DNA of 64,000 bases from Candidatus Eremiobacteria bacterium. GTDB taxonomy: Bacteria; Vulcanimicrobiota; Vulcanimicrobiia; Vulcanimicrobiales; Vulcanimicrobiaceae. Location: positions 2,016,001 through 2,080,000 of the forward strand of contig CAVTRC010000001.1 of NCBI GenBank assembly GCA_963737065.1, written 5' to 3'. Positions 22,663 to 34,100 of this stretch are shown here, piece by piece. The position numbers were made by a program, and so were the translations under genes. The notes below the pieces were generated by a model. The model worked only from the letters and a program-made list of their open reading frames with translations, had not been told where the DNA came from and made no database searches. Each line of letters begins with the position of its first letter. The stretch's first letter is position 1.

Positions 22663-23592
22663 GTGCGCGCGCTCGTCACCGGCGCGACGGGCTTTGTCGG
22701 AACGTATCTTACGAACGCGTTGCAGGCGCGAGGCGATGAAGTTTTTGCTTGCGGCGGACCGCATGACGCGGATGTATTTCCGCTCGACGTTGCTGACGCG
22801 TCGACGATTCGGGCGGCGCTCGACCTCGCAAGGCCGGACGTCGTCTTTCACCTTGCGGCGCAGACCTTCGTTCCCGATTCACTCCAGACGCCGCAAGCAA
22901 CGTATGACACGAACGTGATCGGTACGGCGAACGTCGCGCGCGCTATTCGCGACTTCGCAGAGACCGAACGCATGCCGCGCCTCGTCTTCACGAGTTCGGC
23001 GGAGGTCTACGGCAAACAGCCCGAAACAGCGTTTCCGCTGCGTGAGACGACGCCGGCATCCCCCGCAAACCCGTACGCCGCCAGTAAAGCTGCCGCCGAA
23101 ATGGTGCTGCTCGGTGAAGCGTCGTCATTCGGGCTGGATGCGGTGATTGCGCGCGCATTCAACCACATCGGACCAGGACAAAACGAGCGATTCGTCGTGA
23201 GCAATTTCGCGGCGCAGCTCGCGCGAATCGCGCGTGGAGGCGATCCGATCCTCTACGTCGGAAACCTCGACGCCAAACGCGATTTCCTCGACGTCCGCGA
23301 CGTCGTTCGCGCGTACGTCGCGCTGGCGAGCGATGGGCTTGCCGGCGAAGTGTACAACGTCTGCAGCGGTGCCGCATATCCCATCCGCGACGTTTTGCGC
23401 GAACTGATTATTGCGGCGCACGCTCCCGTTGAGGTCCGTGAAGATCCGGCGCGGATGCGGCCGTCGGACATTCCGTTGTTCATCGGCGATAACACGAAGC
23501 TGCGCGCGGCGACGGGCTGGGAACCGGAGATTGCCTTTCGCACGTCGATTCGGGACATCTATGAAGCTGCGTATCGGATCGGCACTGCCTGA
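22663..23592 (+). CDS. rmd: GDP-4-keto-6-deoxy-D-mannose reductase (GDP-D-rhamnose)
   Basis: SDR with NPYAASK, AFNHIGPGQ, RDFLDVRDVVRAY; adjacent to gmd. Confidence 0.85.
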   Translation: MRALVTGATGFVGTYLTNALQARGDEVFACGGPHDADVFPLDVADASTIRAALDLARPDVVFHLAAQTFVPDSLQTPQATYDTNVIGTANVARAIRDFAETERMPRLVFTSSAEVYGKQPETAFPLRETTPASPANPYAASKAAAEMVLLGEASSFGLDAVIARAFNHIGPGQNERFVVSNFAAQLARIARGGDPILYVGNLDAKRDFLDVRDVVRAYVALASDGLAGEVYNVCSGAAYPIRDVLRELIIAAHAPVEVREDPARMRPSDIPLFIGDNTKLRAATGWEPEIAFRTSIRDIYEAAYRIGTA

Positions 23593-23717
23593 TCCTCCGT
23601 TCGAATTCCGCGACGGCTCCGCACATAAATGGAGGTTGACGACGGATGAGCCGTGGCGCCGCGTCTACTTGCGCTTGCAGCGGGAAGCGTTCCGCCGTTC
23701 GTCGCAACCGCAACATC

Positions 23718-24317
23718 ATGATCGACCCACGCAACGAAGAATTTCAAGCACTCGTTTTCAAAAACCGCGGTGCGCTGCTTTCGATTCCCGCGGCGATTCT
23801 TGCGGCATTCGGAAGGCCGAGCGCGACGAGCGTGGCCGTCGGTCTGCCCCTTGCAATCGCGGGTGAAATCGTTCGCTGTTGGGCCGTCGGATATTCAGGC
23901 GTAACGACGCGCGGCGACGTGGTCGAAGCGCCGAAGCTCATTACGGCCGGACCGTACGCGCACGTTCGCAATCCGCTCTACGTCGGAAACTTCATCACGG
24001 CGCTCGGCTTTTCGATTGCTTTTACGGGGAAGAACTCGTTCGCGCAAAAGCTCGCGCTGATCGGCGGTTCGCTCGGCATAATGGCCGGCGTGTATTCGAC
24101 GATCATTCCGCATGAAGAGCAATTCTTGCGTTCGCAATTCGGCGAAGATTTCGACCGGTATTGCGAGCGCGTACCTGCGCTCGTTCCGCAAAGGGAAGCA
24201 GCAAACGATCCGCAAGGTCAATGGGACTCCAACGTGATCAAAGACGCGGAAACGCGCACGTTCGCAACGTTCGGAGCGATGTTTGGCGTGCTGATTTTCA
24301 AGACACTTCGTACGTGA
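23718..24317 (+). CDS. Isoprenylcysteine carboxyl methyltransferase/PEMT family membrane protein
   Basis: LITAGPYAHVRNPLY, EEQFL..FG..F..YC..VP. Confidence 0.85.
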   Translation: MIDPRNEEFQALVFKNRGALLSIPAAILAAFGRPSATSVAVGLPLAIAGEIVRCWAVGYSGVTTRGDVVEAPKLITAGPYAHVRNPLYVGNFITALGFSIAFTGKNSFAQKLALIGGSLGIMAGVYSTIIPHEEQFLRSQFGEDFDRYCERVPALVPQREAANDPQGQWDSNVIKDAETRTFATFGAMFGVLIFKTLRT

Positions 24318-24321
24318 GCGC

Positions 24322-25212
24322 ATGTCGTCGCAGAGCCGGCTCGCTCTCGCTCTAACGCTCGCGACCGGCGTTGCGGCTCTCGAGTTTTGGGGCGGCGCCG
24401 CTTCGCATAGCATTGCGTTGCTCACCGACGCCGTGCACGTCTGCATGGACGTCTTCGCACTTGGGATCGCATTAATGGCGGCGATCGGGGCGACCCGTCC
24501 GGCAAATCGTCGAAAGACGTTTGGGTATGGACGCATCGAAGTGCTCGGAGCACTCTTCAACGGTGCGCTCTTGTTCGGCGCGACGCTCTTCCTCATCTAC
24601 GAAGCGGTCCGGCGGTTTAGTTCACCCGTTGAACCGCACGGTTTGCTGATGACATGGGTAGCGGCAATCGGTTTTGTCGTCAATCTCGGCATCGGGCTGA
24701 CGCTCTCGCACGATCACAGCAAGAATTTGAACGTGCGTGCGGCGCTGTTCCACGTTGTCGGCGATGCGCTTGGGGCGTTCGCGGTCATCGTCGGCGGTGC
24801 GCTCATCATCGCGACGCATGCGGCGTGGATCGATCCGCTACTCTCGCTCTTCGTTGCCTGCATTATCATCGCGGGCGTGATCCGCGTGCTGCGCGACGCG
24901 GCCGACGTGTTGCTCGAAGCCGTGCCCGCCGGCATCGACGCGACGGATGTCGAGCGGCAAATGCTCGGCATCGCCGGTATCGATGCGGTCCACGATTTAC
25001 ACATCTGGACAATTGGAGCAAGCTCGCATGCTTTATCCGCGCACGTGTTGCTCGACGAGCCGCGTCTTCAGCAAGGACCGCAGGTGCTCGAACGGCTGCG
25101 GGTGCTGCTTGAGCAACGGTATGGAATCGGGCACATAACCGTTCAGCTAGAGGCGGAACACTGTGATCCCGGTGGTATCATCATTTGCCGCCCCGACCGC
25201 GCTTCAGACTAA
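24322..25212 (+). CDS. Cation diffusion facilitator (CzcD/ZitB-like)
   Basis: DAVH, TFGYGRIE, NVRAALFHVVGD, VHDLHIW. Confidence 0.92.
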   Translation: MSSQSRLALALTLATGVAALEFWGGAASHSIALLTDAVHVCMDVFALGIALMAAIGATRPANRRKTFGYGRIEVLGALFNGALLFGATLFLIYEAVRRFSSPVEPHGLLMTWVAAIGFVVNLGIGLTLSHDHSKNLNVRAALFHVVGDALGAFAVIVGGALIIATHAAWIDPLLSLFVACIIIAGVIRVLRDAADVLLEAVPAGIDATDVERQMLGIAGIDAVHDLHIWTIGASSHALSAHVLLDEPRLQQGPQVLERLRVLLEQRYGIGHITVQLEAEHCDPGGIIICRPDRASD

Positions 25213-25257
25213 AGTCAGGAAGTAAAGGCTGAACCCGTCCCGAAGCCGAGGCGGGTT

Positions 25258-26602
25258 ATGAGTCCCATGACTTCCAATGCCGTTGTTCTTTCCACCGCCC
25301 GAACGCCATTCGGAAAACTCGGAGGTGCGCTTTCGTCGCTCGAGGCCACGACGCTCGGTGCTCTGGCGCTCATCGGTGCGCTCCGTCGCGCGGGCATCGA
25401 TCCTTCGGAAATCGAGCATCTGATTTTCGGCGAGGTGTTGCAAGCCGGCGTCGGTCAGAATCCGGCGCGGCAGGTGCTCTTCAAGACCGGCCTAGCGAAA
25501 ACGACGACGGCTGAAACGGTCAACAAAGTTTGCGCGTCGGGATTGCTCTCCGTTGCGAATGCGATGCGCTTGATCAACGCGGGCGCGAACTCCGTTGTTG
25601 CAGCCGGCGGCATGGAATCAATGTCCAACGCGCCGTATCTGCTCAAAGACGCGCGCTTCGGCTATCGGTTCGGCGACGGCAAGCTTATCGACGCGATGAT
25701 CAACGACGGGCTCTGGGACGCGTATTTCCCGATGGCGATGTCGACGCAGGGAAGCATCGTCGCAAACGAATTCGGCATGACGCGCGAAGAGCAAGATGCC
25801 TTTGCGTACGAAAGCCATCGTCGCGCGCACGCGACGCACGAAGCCGGCAACTTCGCCGGCGAAATCGTGCCGGTGAAAGTTGCGACGAAAGCGCGCGGTA
25901 AGGCTGTGCTCGACGAGCTTCCGCAACTCGCGAAGGTGCGCGTCCCCGCAATGGCGGGCGGCGGTGCGAGCAACGTATGGGATCACACGCCGTCCGAACA
26001 GTTCACGTTCGAGTACGCGAAGTGGGCGCCGTTCCTGACCGGTGACGCGCCGTACTCCCTCGTCGATCGCGACGAACCGGTTCGCGCCGATGCGAGCCTG
26101 GAAGCGATGGCGAAGCTAAAGCCGCTCGAGCCGGGTGGCACGGTTTCGGCCGCAAACGCGCCCGGAGTGAACGACGGAGCCGCTGCGCTCGATCATGGCC
26201 GACGCGCACTACGCGAAAGAACGCGGCTATGAGGCGATTGCGACGGTGCTCGATCATGCGACCGTCGGCTGGGACTCGCCGTACATTTGTATGACGCCCG
26301 CGATGGCCGCACAGAAACTGCTCGACAAGAACGGCCTCTCTACGAACGACATTCACGTGTGGGAGATCAACGAAGCCTTCTCCGCAGTCGCAATTACGTC
26401 GGCACGGAATCTGGGAATCGGCGAAGAGAATATCAATAAATATGGCGGTGCCGTCGCGATGGGACACCCGATCGGCGCCTCCGGAGCGCGTATCGTCGGC
26501 ACGCTGATCAATCAACTGCGCAAGCGCGGCGGCGGTTACGGCATTGCATCGATCTGCTCCGGTGGCGGACAAGGCGATGCGCTATTAGTGAAAGCCGGCT
26601 AA
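25258..26602 (+). CDS. Acetyl-CoA C-acetyltransferase (thiolase); apparent frameshift near 26190
   Basis: NKVCASG and GGMESMS in the first frame; WEINEAF, GHPIGASGAR, ICSGGG in the second. Confidence 0.9.
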
Positions 26603-26617
26603 GGTGTCGTCTCGCGT

Positions 26618-27457
26618 ATGAAGATCGCCGTGATCGGTGCCGGACAGATGGGGTCCGGCATCGCACAGGTTGCCGCGCAGAGCGGTCACGACGTTCTTCT
26701 CAACGACCGCGCTCCCGAATATATCGAGCGCGGTCTCGCCGTTATCGCGAAGAATCTAAACCGGTCGGTCGAGAAAGGCAAACTCGATGCCGGCGAACGC
26801 GACTCGATGCTCGCGCGCATTCATCCGCACCCGGCGCTCGAACCGCTCGACGTCGACATAGCGATCGAAGCGGCCACGGAACATCTCGAAACCAAGCTCG
26901 AGCTGTTTCGCATGCTGGATGCCGCAACGCCGCACAAGACGATTCTCGCAAGCAATACCTCGTCGATTTCGATCACGCTTCTCGGCGGTGCGACAACGCG
27001 CGGCGAGCGCGTTATCGGAATGCACTTCATGAATCCGGTGCCGGTGATGCAGCTCGTCGAAATCATCCGCGGCATTGCAACGTCGCAAGAGGCGTACGAC
27101 TTCACGGAGTCACTTGCAAAACAGATGGGGAAAACGCCCGTCGAAGTTCGTGATTTTCCCGGATTCGTTTCGAACCGCGTGCTGATGCCGATGATCAACG
27201 AAGCGATCTATGCGCTCTATGAAGGCGTCGGCTCCATTGAGGCGATCGATACGGTCATGAAACTCGGCATGAACCATCCGATGGGCCCGCTGACGCTTGC
27301 AGATTTCATCGGGCTCGATACGTGCCTCGCAATCATGGACGTTCTCCACGACGGATTCGCCGACTCGAAGTATCGTCCGTGCCCGCTCCTCAAGCAATAC
27401 GTCGCCGCGGGCTGGCTCGGGCGCAAGAGCGGACGAGGTTTTTATACGTACGCATGA
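26618..27457 (+). CDS. hbd: 3-hydroxybutyryl-CoA dehydrogenase
   Basis: IGAGQMGSGIA, SNTSSIS, GMHFMNPVP, GMNHPMGPL. Confidence 0.93.
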   Translation: MKIAVIGAGQMGSGIAQVAAQSGHDVLLNDRAPEYIERGLAVIAKNLNRSVEKGKLDAGERDSMLARIHPHPALEPLDVDIAIEAATEHLETKLELFRMLDAATPHKTILASNTSSISITLLGGATTRGERVIGMHFMNPVPVMQLVEIIRGIATSQEAYDFTESLAKQMGKTPVEVRDFPGFVSNRVLMPMINEAIYALYEGVGSIEAIDTVMKLGMNHPMGPLTLADFIGLDTCLAIMDVLHDGFADSKYRPCPLLKQYVAAGWLGRKSGRGFYTYA

Positions 27458-28617
27458 TTGATTCAACGACGCGCGCGCAATTCGACCTGACCGACGAGCA
27501 GCGGCAGATCGGCGCGCTCGCGGGTGAAATCGCCGAGCGAGAAATCGCTCCGAACATCGCCGTATGGGACCGCGACCACACGTTCCCGCGCGAGCTGTAC
27601 ACAAAACTCAATGACGCCGGCATCATGGGCATCATCGTGCCCGACGCGTACGGCGGTGTCGGCGCGGATTACGTCTCCTACGCGCTTACGATCGAAGAGC
27701 TCGCACGAATTGACGCCGGTACGGCGGTTACCGTTTCCGTGCACTCGATGATTTGCTCGGCGATCGTGAAGCTCGGCAGTGCTTCTCAGAAGCAGTATTG
27801 GCTTCCGCGTTTGGCATCGGGCGATAAGATCGGCGCCTTTGCATTGACGGAGCCGGATGCCGGATCCGATGCCGCCGCGCTGCGCGCCACGGCAAAAAAG
27901 ATCGACGGCGGCTACGTACTCAACGGACGCAAGCAATGGTGCACGAACGGCGGCTACGCCGGTGTTACGATGGCAATGTTCCGGACGGGAGCCGGCGGCG
28001 CTAAAGGTGTCAGCGCGTTTCTCATTCCGGAGACCGCAAAAGGCGTAACGGTCGAGAAAGTAACGGAGAAGCTCGGTATCCACACGAGCAACACCGTCGA
28101 TCTGGCGTTCGACGACGTGCACGTGAGCGACGAAGCGTTACTCGGTAAAGAAGGCGACGGATTCGGCAATGCATTGACGGCGCTCACGAGCGGCCGCATC
28201 GGTATCGCCGCTCAAGCGACGGGCATTCTCGCCGGCTGTCTCGCTGAATCGGTTGCGTTTGCCAAAGATCGCGTGGCCTTCGGCCGCGCGATCGCTGCGT
28301 TCGAGGGCGTATCGTTTAAAATCGCGCAGATGGCGACCGATCTAGATGCGGCGCGTCTGCTCGTTTACCGCGCGGCGGCGCTTGCAGACGCGGGCAAGCC
28401 GTTCGTAACCGAAGCGAGCAAAGCAAAACTTTTCGCCTCGACCGCGGCACGCAGACATGCAGCCGAAGCGCTGCAAATTCACGGCGGCTACGGATATACC
28501 ACCGAGTTCGCGGTGGAGCGATTCTACCGCGACGTAAAGATCACCGAGATCTACGAAGGCACATCGGAGATCCAACAGATGATCATCGCGAGGTCATTAC
28601 TGGGCAAGCTGGATTAA
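27454..28617 (+). CDS. Acyl-CoA dehydrogenase (butyryl-CoA dehydrogenase-like)
   Basis: FALTEPDAGSD, QIHGGYGY, EIYEGTSEIQ. Confidence 0.93.
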   Translation: MIDSTTRAQFDLTDEQRQIGALAGEIAEREIAPNIAVWDRDHTFPRELYTKLNDAGIMGIIVPDAYGGVGADYVSYALTIEELARIDAGTAVTVSVHSMICSAIVKLGSASQKQYWLPRLASGDKIGAFALTEPDAGSDAAALRATAKKIDGGYVLNGRKQWCTNGGYAGVTMAMFRTGAGGAKGVSAFLIPETAKGVTVEKVTEKLGIHTSNTVDLAFDDVHVSDEALLGKEGDGFGNALTALTSGRIGIAAQATGILAGCLAESVAFAKDRVAFGRAIAAFEGVSFKIAQMATDLDAARLLVYRAAALADAGKPFVTEASKAKLFASTAARRHAAEALQIHGGYGYTTEFAVERFYRDVKITEIYEGTSEIQQMIIARSLLGKLD

Positions 28618-28726
28618 AAATACGAACCGAACCGTCCTTTCGAACGGCCCGGCTGATGTCGCGACGGACTTTCAACCCAAGCACGATTCATATCACTCGC
28701 CACGAGTCCTCGCGGATGGAGCGTGC

Positions 28727-28812
28727 GGGTGGTTCGACAGGCTCACCATGACAATGTCGCATATGTCATCCTGAGCTTGATATGTCATCCTGAGCTTGTC
28801 GAAGGACGACCC
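28727..28812. repeat. REP-like inverted pair with a 19-bp tandem duplication
   Basis: GGTTCGACAGGCTCACCATGACA is inverted to TGTCATCCTGAGCTTGTCGAAGG; ATATGTCATCCTGAGCTTG occurs twice (28761, 28780). Confidence 0.75.
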
Positions 28813-28861
28813 ATTGTGGCCCATATAACGCTGTGAATAGGAGAAGAGCAAGACAAACGCC

Positions 28862-30031
28862 ATGAATCTCATGGAGTATCAGGGGAAGGAACTGTTTCGC
28901 CGGTGCGGCATTCCGGTGCCGCGTTCGCAGCATTGCAATACGCCCGATGACGTGGCCGCGTTCATTGAAAAGAACCCGGGCAAGTGGGTTGTGAAGGCAC
29001 AAGTCTTGATGGGCGGCCGCGGCAAAGCGGGCAAAATCAAATTCGCGTCGACGCCCGAAGAAGGGCGTAACGTCGCGCAAGAGATCATGGCGACGCCGAT
29101 GCCGCCGAACCGTCAGAACCCAAAGGGCGAACCGATTCATTCGGTGCTCGTCGAAGAAACGCTCGACGTCGCGCTGGAAGCGTACACGGCGATCAGCGTC
29201 GATCGGACGACGAGAAAACCAGCCGTGATCGCGACGAAATTCGGCGGAATGGACGTCGAAGAAGTGCACGAGCAGCATCCCGAATCGTTCGCGACGTTCT
29301 ACGTCGACACGGCGATCGGGTACTCGCCCTTCATTGGGCGCGAACTCGCATTCAAGACCGAGCTCGATCCCGGCTATCGCAAACAGTATCCGGCGATCGT
29401 GGCCGGCATGTACGATCTCTTCTTCAGATACGGTGCGAAGCTGGTGGAGATCAATCCGCTCGTCCTCACGAAGGACGGCCGCGTGATTGCGGCCGATGCG
29501 AAAGTCGAAATCGACGATGACGCGCTGTTCCGTCAGCCGGAGTTCAAAGAATGGCAGCAAGTATTGCCGCTCGATGAAGATGAAACGCTCGCGACGGAAG
29601 CCGGCCTCGGTATTCGCAACTTCCGCCGCTTCGGTGGAACGGTCGGCACGATGGCGAACGGCGCGGGCCTTGCGATGGGCACGATGGACGCCGTAAAGAA
29701 CGCGGGCGGTGAGATCGCGAACTTTCTCGACGTCGGCGGCGGTGCAAACGCCGAACGCGTGCGCAGATGCTACGAGCTCGTCGTCAATCACACCGGCGCG
29801 AACGTATTCTTCATCAACATTTTCGGCGGCATTACGCGCGGTGATGAAGTTGCCAAGGGCATCGTCGAAGCGATGAACACGACGCAATCGCGCAAAATTC
29901 CGCTCGTGATTCGCTTGACGGGAACGAATGAAGAAGAAGGCCGCCGGATTTTAGCGGAAGCCGGCATGACGCCGGTTGAAACGATGGACGAAGGCGCAAA
30001 ATGCGCCGTCGAACTGGCCCTGTCATCCTGA
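28862..30031 (+). CDS. sucC: Succinyl-CoA synthetase beta subunit
   Basis: MNLMEYQGK, GGRGKAG, EINPL, NGAGLAM, NFLDVGGG. Confidence 0.96.
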   Translation: MNLMEYQGKELFRRCGIPVPRSQHCNTPDDVAAFIEKNPGKWVVKAQVLMGGRGKAGKIKFASTPEEGRNVAQEIMATPMPPNRQNPKGEPIHSVLVEETLDVALEAYTAISVDRTTRKPAVIATKFGGMDVEEVHEQHPESFATFYVDTAIGYSPFIGRELAFKTELDPGYRKQYPAIVAGMYDLFFRYGAKLVEINPLVLTKDGRVIAADAKVEIDDDALFRQPEFKEWQQVLPLDEDETLATEAGLGIRNFRRFGGTVGTMANGAGLAMGTMDAVKNAGGEIANFLDVGGGANAERVRRCYELVVNHTGANVFFINIFGGITRGDEVAKGIVEAMNTTQSRKIPLVIRLTGTNEEEGRRILAEAGMTPVETMDEGAKCAVELALSS

Positions 30032-30045
30032 GCTTGTCGAAGGAC
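30021..30045 (+). repeat. REP-like copy overlapping the sucC stop codon
   Basis: TGTCATCCTGAGCTTGTCGAAGGAC, identical to 28783-28807. Confidence 0.75.
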
Positions 30046-30052
30046 CATATCA

Positions 30053-30936
30053 ATGTCAATCTTCTTAGATAAAAACAGTAAGGTCTTCGTGCAGGGCATC
30101 ACCGGTGCCGAAGGTTCGTATCACACGGGACGCATGCTCGCGTACGGAACGAACATTGTCGGCGGCGTGACGCCCGGCAAAGGCGGACAAAAAACGCAAC
30201 ACGGGCTGCCCGTGTTCAACACCATCGACGAATGTGTCGCCGCGACCGGTGCGACGCATCAATGCATTTTCGTTCCGCCTGCCGGTGCAGCGGATGCGTT
30301 GTTCGAAGCGTACGAAGCCGGTGTTCGTTTTTCGATCTGCATTACGGAAGGCGTTCCGGTGCACGACATGCTGCGCGTCGTCGGATCGACGCCAGGCATG
30401 CGCATCATCGGTCCGAACTGCCCCGGATTGATTTCACCCGGCAAGTCGTCGGTCGGGATCATGCCGGGACACGTCTTCAAAGAAGGTAACGTCGGATTGA
30501 TTTCGCGCTCCGGAACGTTGACGTACGAAGTCGTCGACGGCTTGACGCGCGCGGGATTCGGACAGTCGACGTGCGTCGGGATCGGCGGCGACCCGATCAT
30601 CGGAACGACCTTCGTCGATTGTCTGCGTGAATTCAAAAACGATCCGCAGACGAAGGCGATCGTTATCTGCGGTGAAATCGGCGGTTCGGACGAAGAAGAC
30701 GCCGCCGCCTTCATCAAAGAGCCATCTTGCGAGCGTGCCGGTCGTTGCGTTTGTCGGTGGTCGCAATGCGCCGCCCGGGAAATCGCTCGGGCATGCCGGC
30801 GCAATCATATCCGGCGGCTTCGGAACGCCGGAGAGCAAGATCCGCGCGTTCCGCGATGCGGGTGTTCCCGTCGCAGACCGGCCGTCCGAGCATTCCGAAA
30901 CTCCTCGAAGAGCGGATGGCCGCCGTTCCGGCATAA
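30053..30936 (+). CDS. sucD: Succinyl-CoA synthetase alpha subunit; two apparent frameshifts (about 30720 and 30890)
   Basis: [26 protein letters not shown] in the second frame; IPKLLEERM..* in the third. Confidence 0.93.
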
Positions 30937-31001
30937 AAAACTTATCAATTGGAACCGCTTCATTGAACGAACCGGAACGAAGCGTGCGCAAAAAGGAAGC
31001 G

Positions 31002-31030
31002 GCCGCTTAGTCTAAGCGGCTTGATTTTTT
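31002..31030 (+). terminator. Rho-independent terminator after sucD
   Basis: GCCGCTTAG-TC-TAAGCGGC followed by TTGATTTTTT. Confidence 0.65.
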
Positions 31031-31141
31031 AAGCAACGATAAAGGAGCAGACCTTTGTCGCGAGAATTCGCTGCAATACGTCACATGAGAAGTTGCTGAG
31101 AGACGCACGTCGCGGCCCTCGGCACTTTCGCGTGTGGATGT

Positions 31142-34100
31142 ATGTCACTCAATTCAACTGAGGGCTATCGATTGAATACAAAGCCAACCCTACGTCGGGT
31201 GGCTGTGGCTCTGATGCTTCTCGTAGCGTTCTTGTTCCAGGGAACATGGGCACTGGCAGGTACGACGGGCGGCATTTCGGGTCAAGTCACGGACGAGGCT
31301 GGTGCTCCGGTACCGGGGGCTTCCGTTAGGGCAGTCTCCGCATCGCAGTCCGCTTCGGCCACTACCGACGCTTCAGGTCGATTCAATTTCCTCTCGCTCG
31401 CACCGGACACGTATACGGTGTCGATCGAGAAAGACGGCTTCAACCCGCTCTCGTACGCGGGCATCACCGTCTTCGCGGACAACAACCTGACGCTGTCCTT
31501 TAAGATGCAAAAGGCGCTCAAGACCATCGCGAAAGTGTCGGCAACGTCTGCCGGCAATCTCGTGAAGTCGGGCGTTGGTTCCGACATCTACAGCGTCAAC
31601 TCGCAAGCCATCACGACGGCGAGCTCGCTCGGCGGCGGCGGCAATCTCAACAGTGCGTACTCCGCCATCTCGTCGGTCCCCGGCGTGACGGTCCCCTCCG
31701 GCGGAATGGGCTGGAACCAAGCAACGTACGTTCGCGGTTCGCAGTCGTTCTTCACCGGCTTCGAGTACGACGGTATTCCGGTCAACCGCGCCTTCGACAA
31801 CTACAACTCGTCGACCGAGTCAAACCTTGGCTTGCAAGAGCTGCAGGTGTACACCGGCGGCGGACCGGCGTCGTCGTCATCGGCGGGTACGTCGGGCTTC
31901 ATCAACCAGGTCTTCAAGACCGGCACCTATCCGGGATACATGGACCTTTCCGGCGGGATCGGCACGCCGACGTTCTACCACCAAGCGAAAGTGGAAGCGG
32001 GCGGCGCAACGCCGGACCGGCGTTTCAGCTACTATGTCGGCATCAGCGGATACAACCAAGGGTTCCGCGTTCTCGACAACAGCAACGGCGCTTCGCTGAA
32101 CACCACGCCGACGGGCATCTACGCGGGTCAATCGTTGGCTGGTTCGCCGTTCATCCTCAATTCGATTCCTGCGATGCAAGCAGAATGCTCGCCAGGGACC
32201 GCAAACGATCCGAATCCGCTGCTTTCGATGCCGGCGAGCTACTATGCCGCGGACGTCGGCGCGCTTGGCGGCACGGGAAGCTGTTACATTCCGTACAGCG
32301 GGCTCTACGGCAACATTGCACAGATCGCGGATCGTGAAAACGTCGCGAACTTCCACTTCCGCATTCCGCAGAAGAACGGAACGTCCGACGACATTCAGCT
32401 GCTCGGCAGTACTTCGATGATGAATTCGCAGTTCTATACGAGCGCGAACGATGCGGGCGGCCTGCCGGTCTACTCGCTCGGAATTTTCGGTACGCCGTAC
32501 TGCAATCCGCAGACGAGCCTAACGCCGAGCGGTGCCGGCTGCACGCCGACCCCGAACGGAAACTATCCCGCGTACGTGGACGCTACCGTCTTCAACGCGC
32601 CATTCGGTACCCCGGTGGCCGGACTCAAGGCGACGTCCTACTACCAGCCGAGCAGCCCGACGGACCGTGCGTTCAATGCACCGCTGCCTGCGGATCTCCG
32701 CGACGGCATCATGAACGACGCGGGCATCGTGAAGCTGCAATACACGCACCAATTCTCGAGCAACGCCTTCGCGCGCGTGTTCGGCTACACGTTCTTCTCT
32801 GACTGGACGCAAGCCGGCGCAAACTCCGCGCTCGATTGCTATGTGACGGGCATCGGCCCGTGCTTCTCGGGCGTCGCCGCGAACTACGACTTGATCACCC
32901 ACACTGGCGGCGGTCAGCTTGAACTCGTCGATCAGCTCACAAGCCAGCACCTCGTGCAGCTAACGGCGAACTACACGACGGCAAACGTCGTGCGCTTCAA
33001 CAACACCGGCTTCACGGGCGGCGCTTCTCCCGTCGGCCTGATCTCGCAGAGCAACGGAATATTCACGTGCTACGATACAACGGGCGCGCCGGTTCCGTGC
33101 TCAAAGGCGACGCAATCGAATGCCGCGGATATCGCTGCGAATGGCGTCCCACCGATCCCGGCGGGCAGCGCTGCGGCCGGAGCCGGAGCACAATGGGTGA
33201 CGTTGTGGCAAGGTAACTCGCGCGGCACGTACAACACGGTGAAGCCGCAGTTCTCGTTCATCTCGTTGAGCGATCAGTGGCGTCCGAGCGATCGTTTGCT
33301 CTTCGACGCGCAAGTCCGCTACGAGAACTACAAGTATGGTCTCGTGTCGAATCCGGGCGAAGCGACGGACTTCTACGCGCAGATCGTGTCAAACGACGTG
33401 TGCCAGAACTCGTCGGGAACTGTTCTCACCAAACCGCTTCCGCCGGGCGTTCCGCCTCCCGCGCCGGTCATCTATACGCCGACGTGTCCGGCTGGATACG
33501 CTCACCCCGCGTTCTCGGCGAACTCACCTGGATCGTACGTCATCCAGGATCTCTCGCCGCGATTCTCGATGACGTACACGGAGTCGCCGGACACTGTGTG
33601 GCGTGCCTCGATCGGGCGCTTCACCGAGCCGCCGATCTCGGCATCGGTGCAGTATCTGAACAACTCGGGTAATTCACTCTCAACCTGGAACGCGACGCTG
33701 CCCTTGGGCTTCTACTCGCCGTTCCACCCGATCCCAGCCATGAGTGCTACCCAAGCGGATCTTTCGCTGGAGCACCATATCCACGGAACGGACATGAGCT
33801 TTAAGCTCTCGCCGTTCTTCAACTTCACGACGGGATATCAAGAGCAGTCCTTTATCGGACCGAACTTCGTCACGCAAGCGCCGGTCGGAAACTTCCGGTC
33901 CCAGGGTGCGGAATTTGCGTTCACAAAGGGCGATTTCGCAAAGGATGGTCTGTCGACGCAAGTTTCGCTGACGTACACGAACGCAAGGGTGCAATACACC
34001 AACTGGTTCGGTGTTAATCAGATGGCGACCGTCAACAGCGCCGTCCAGCAGTACAACCTTCTCACGAAGGGCGGCGGCGGCTCGCCGTATTACTGCGCCG

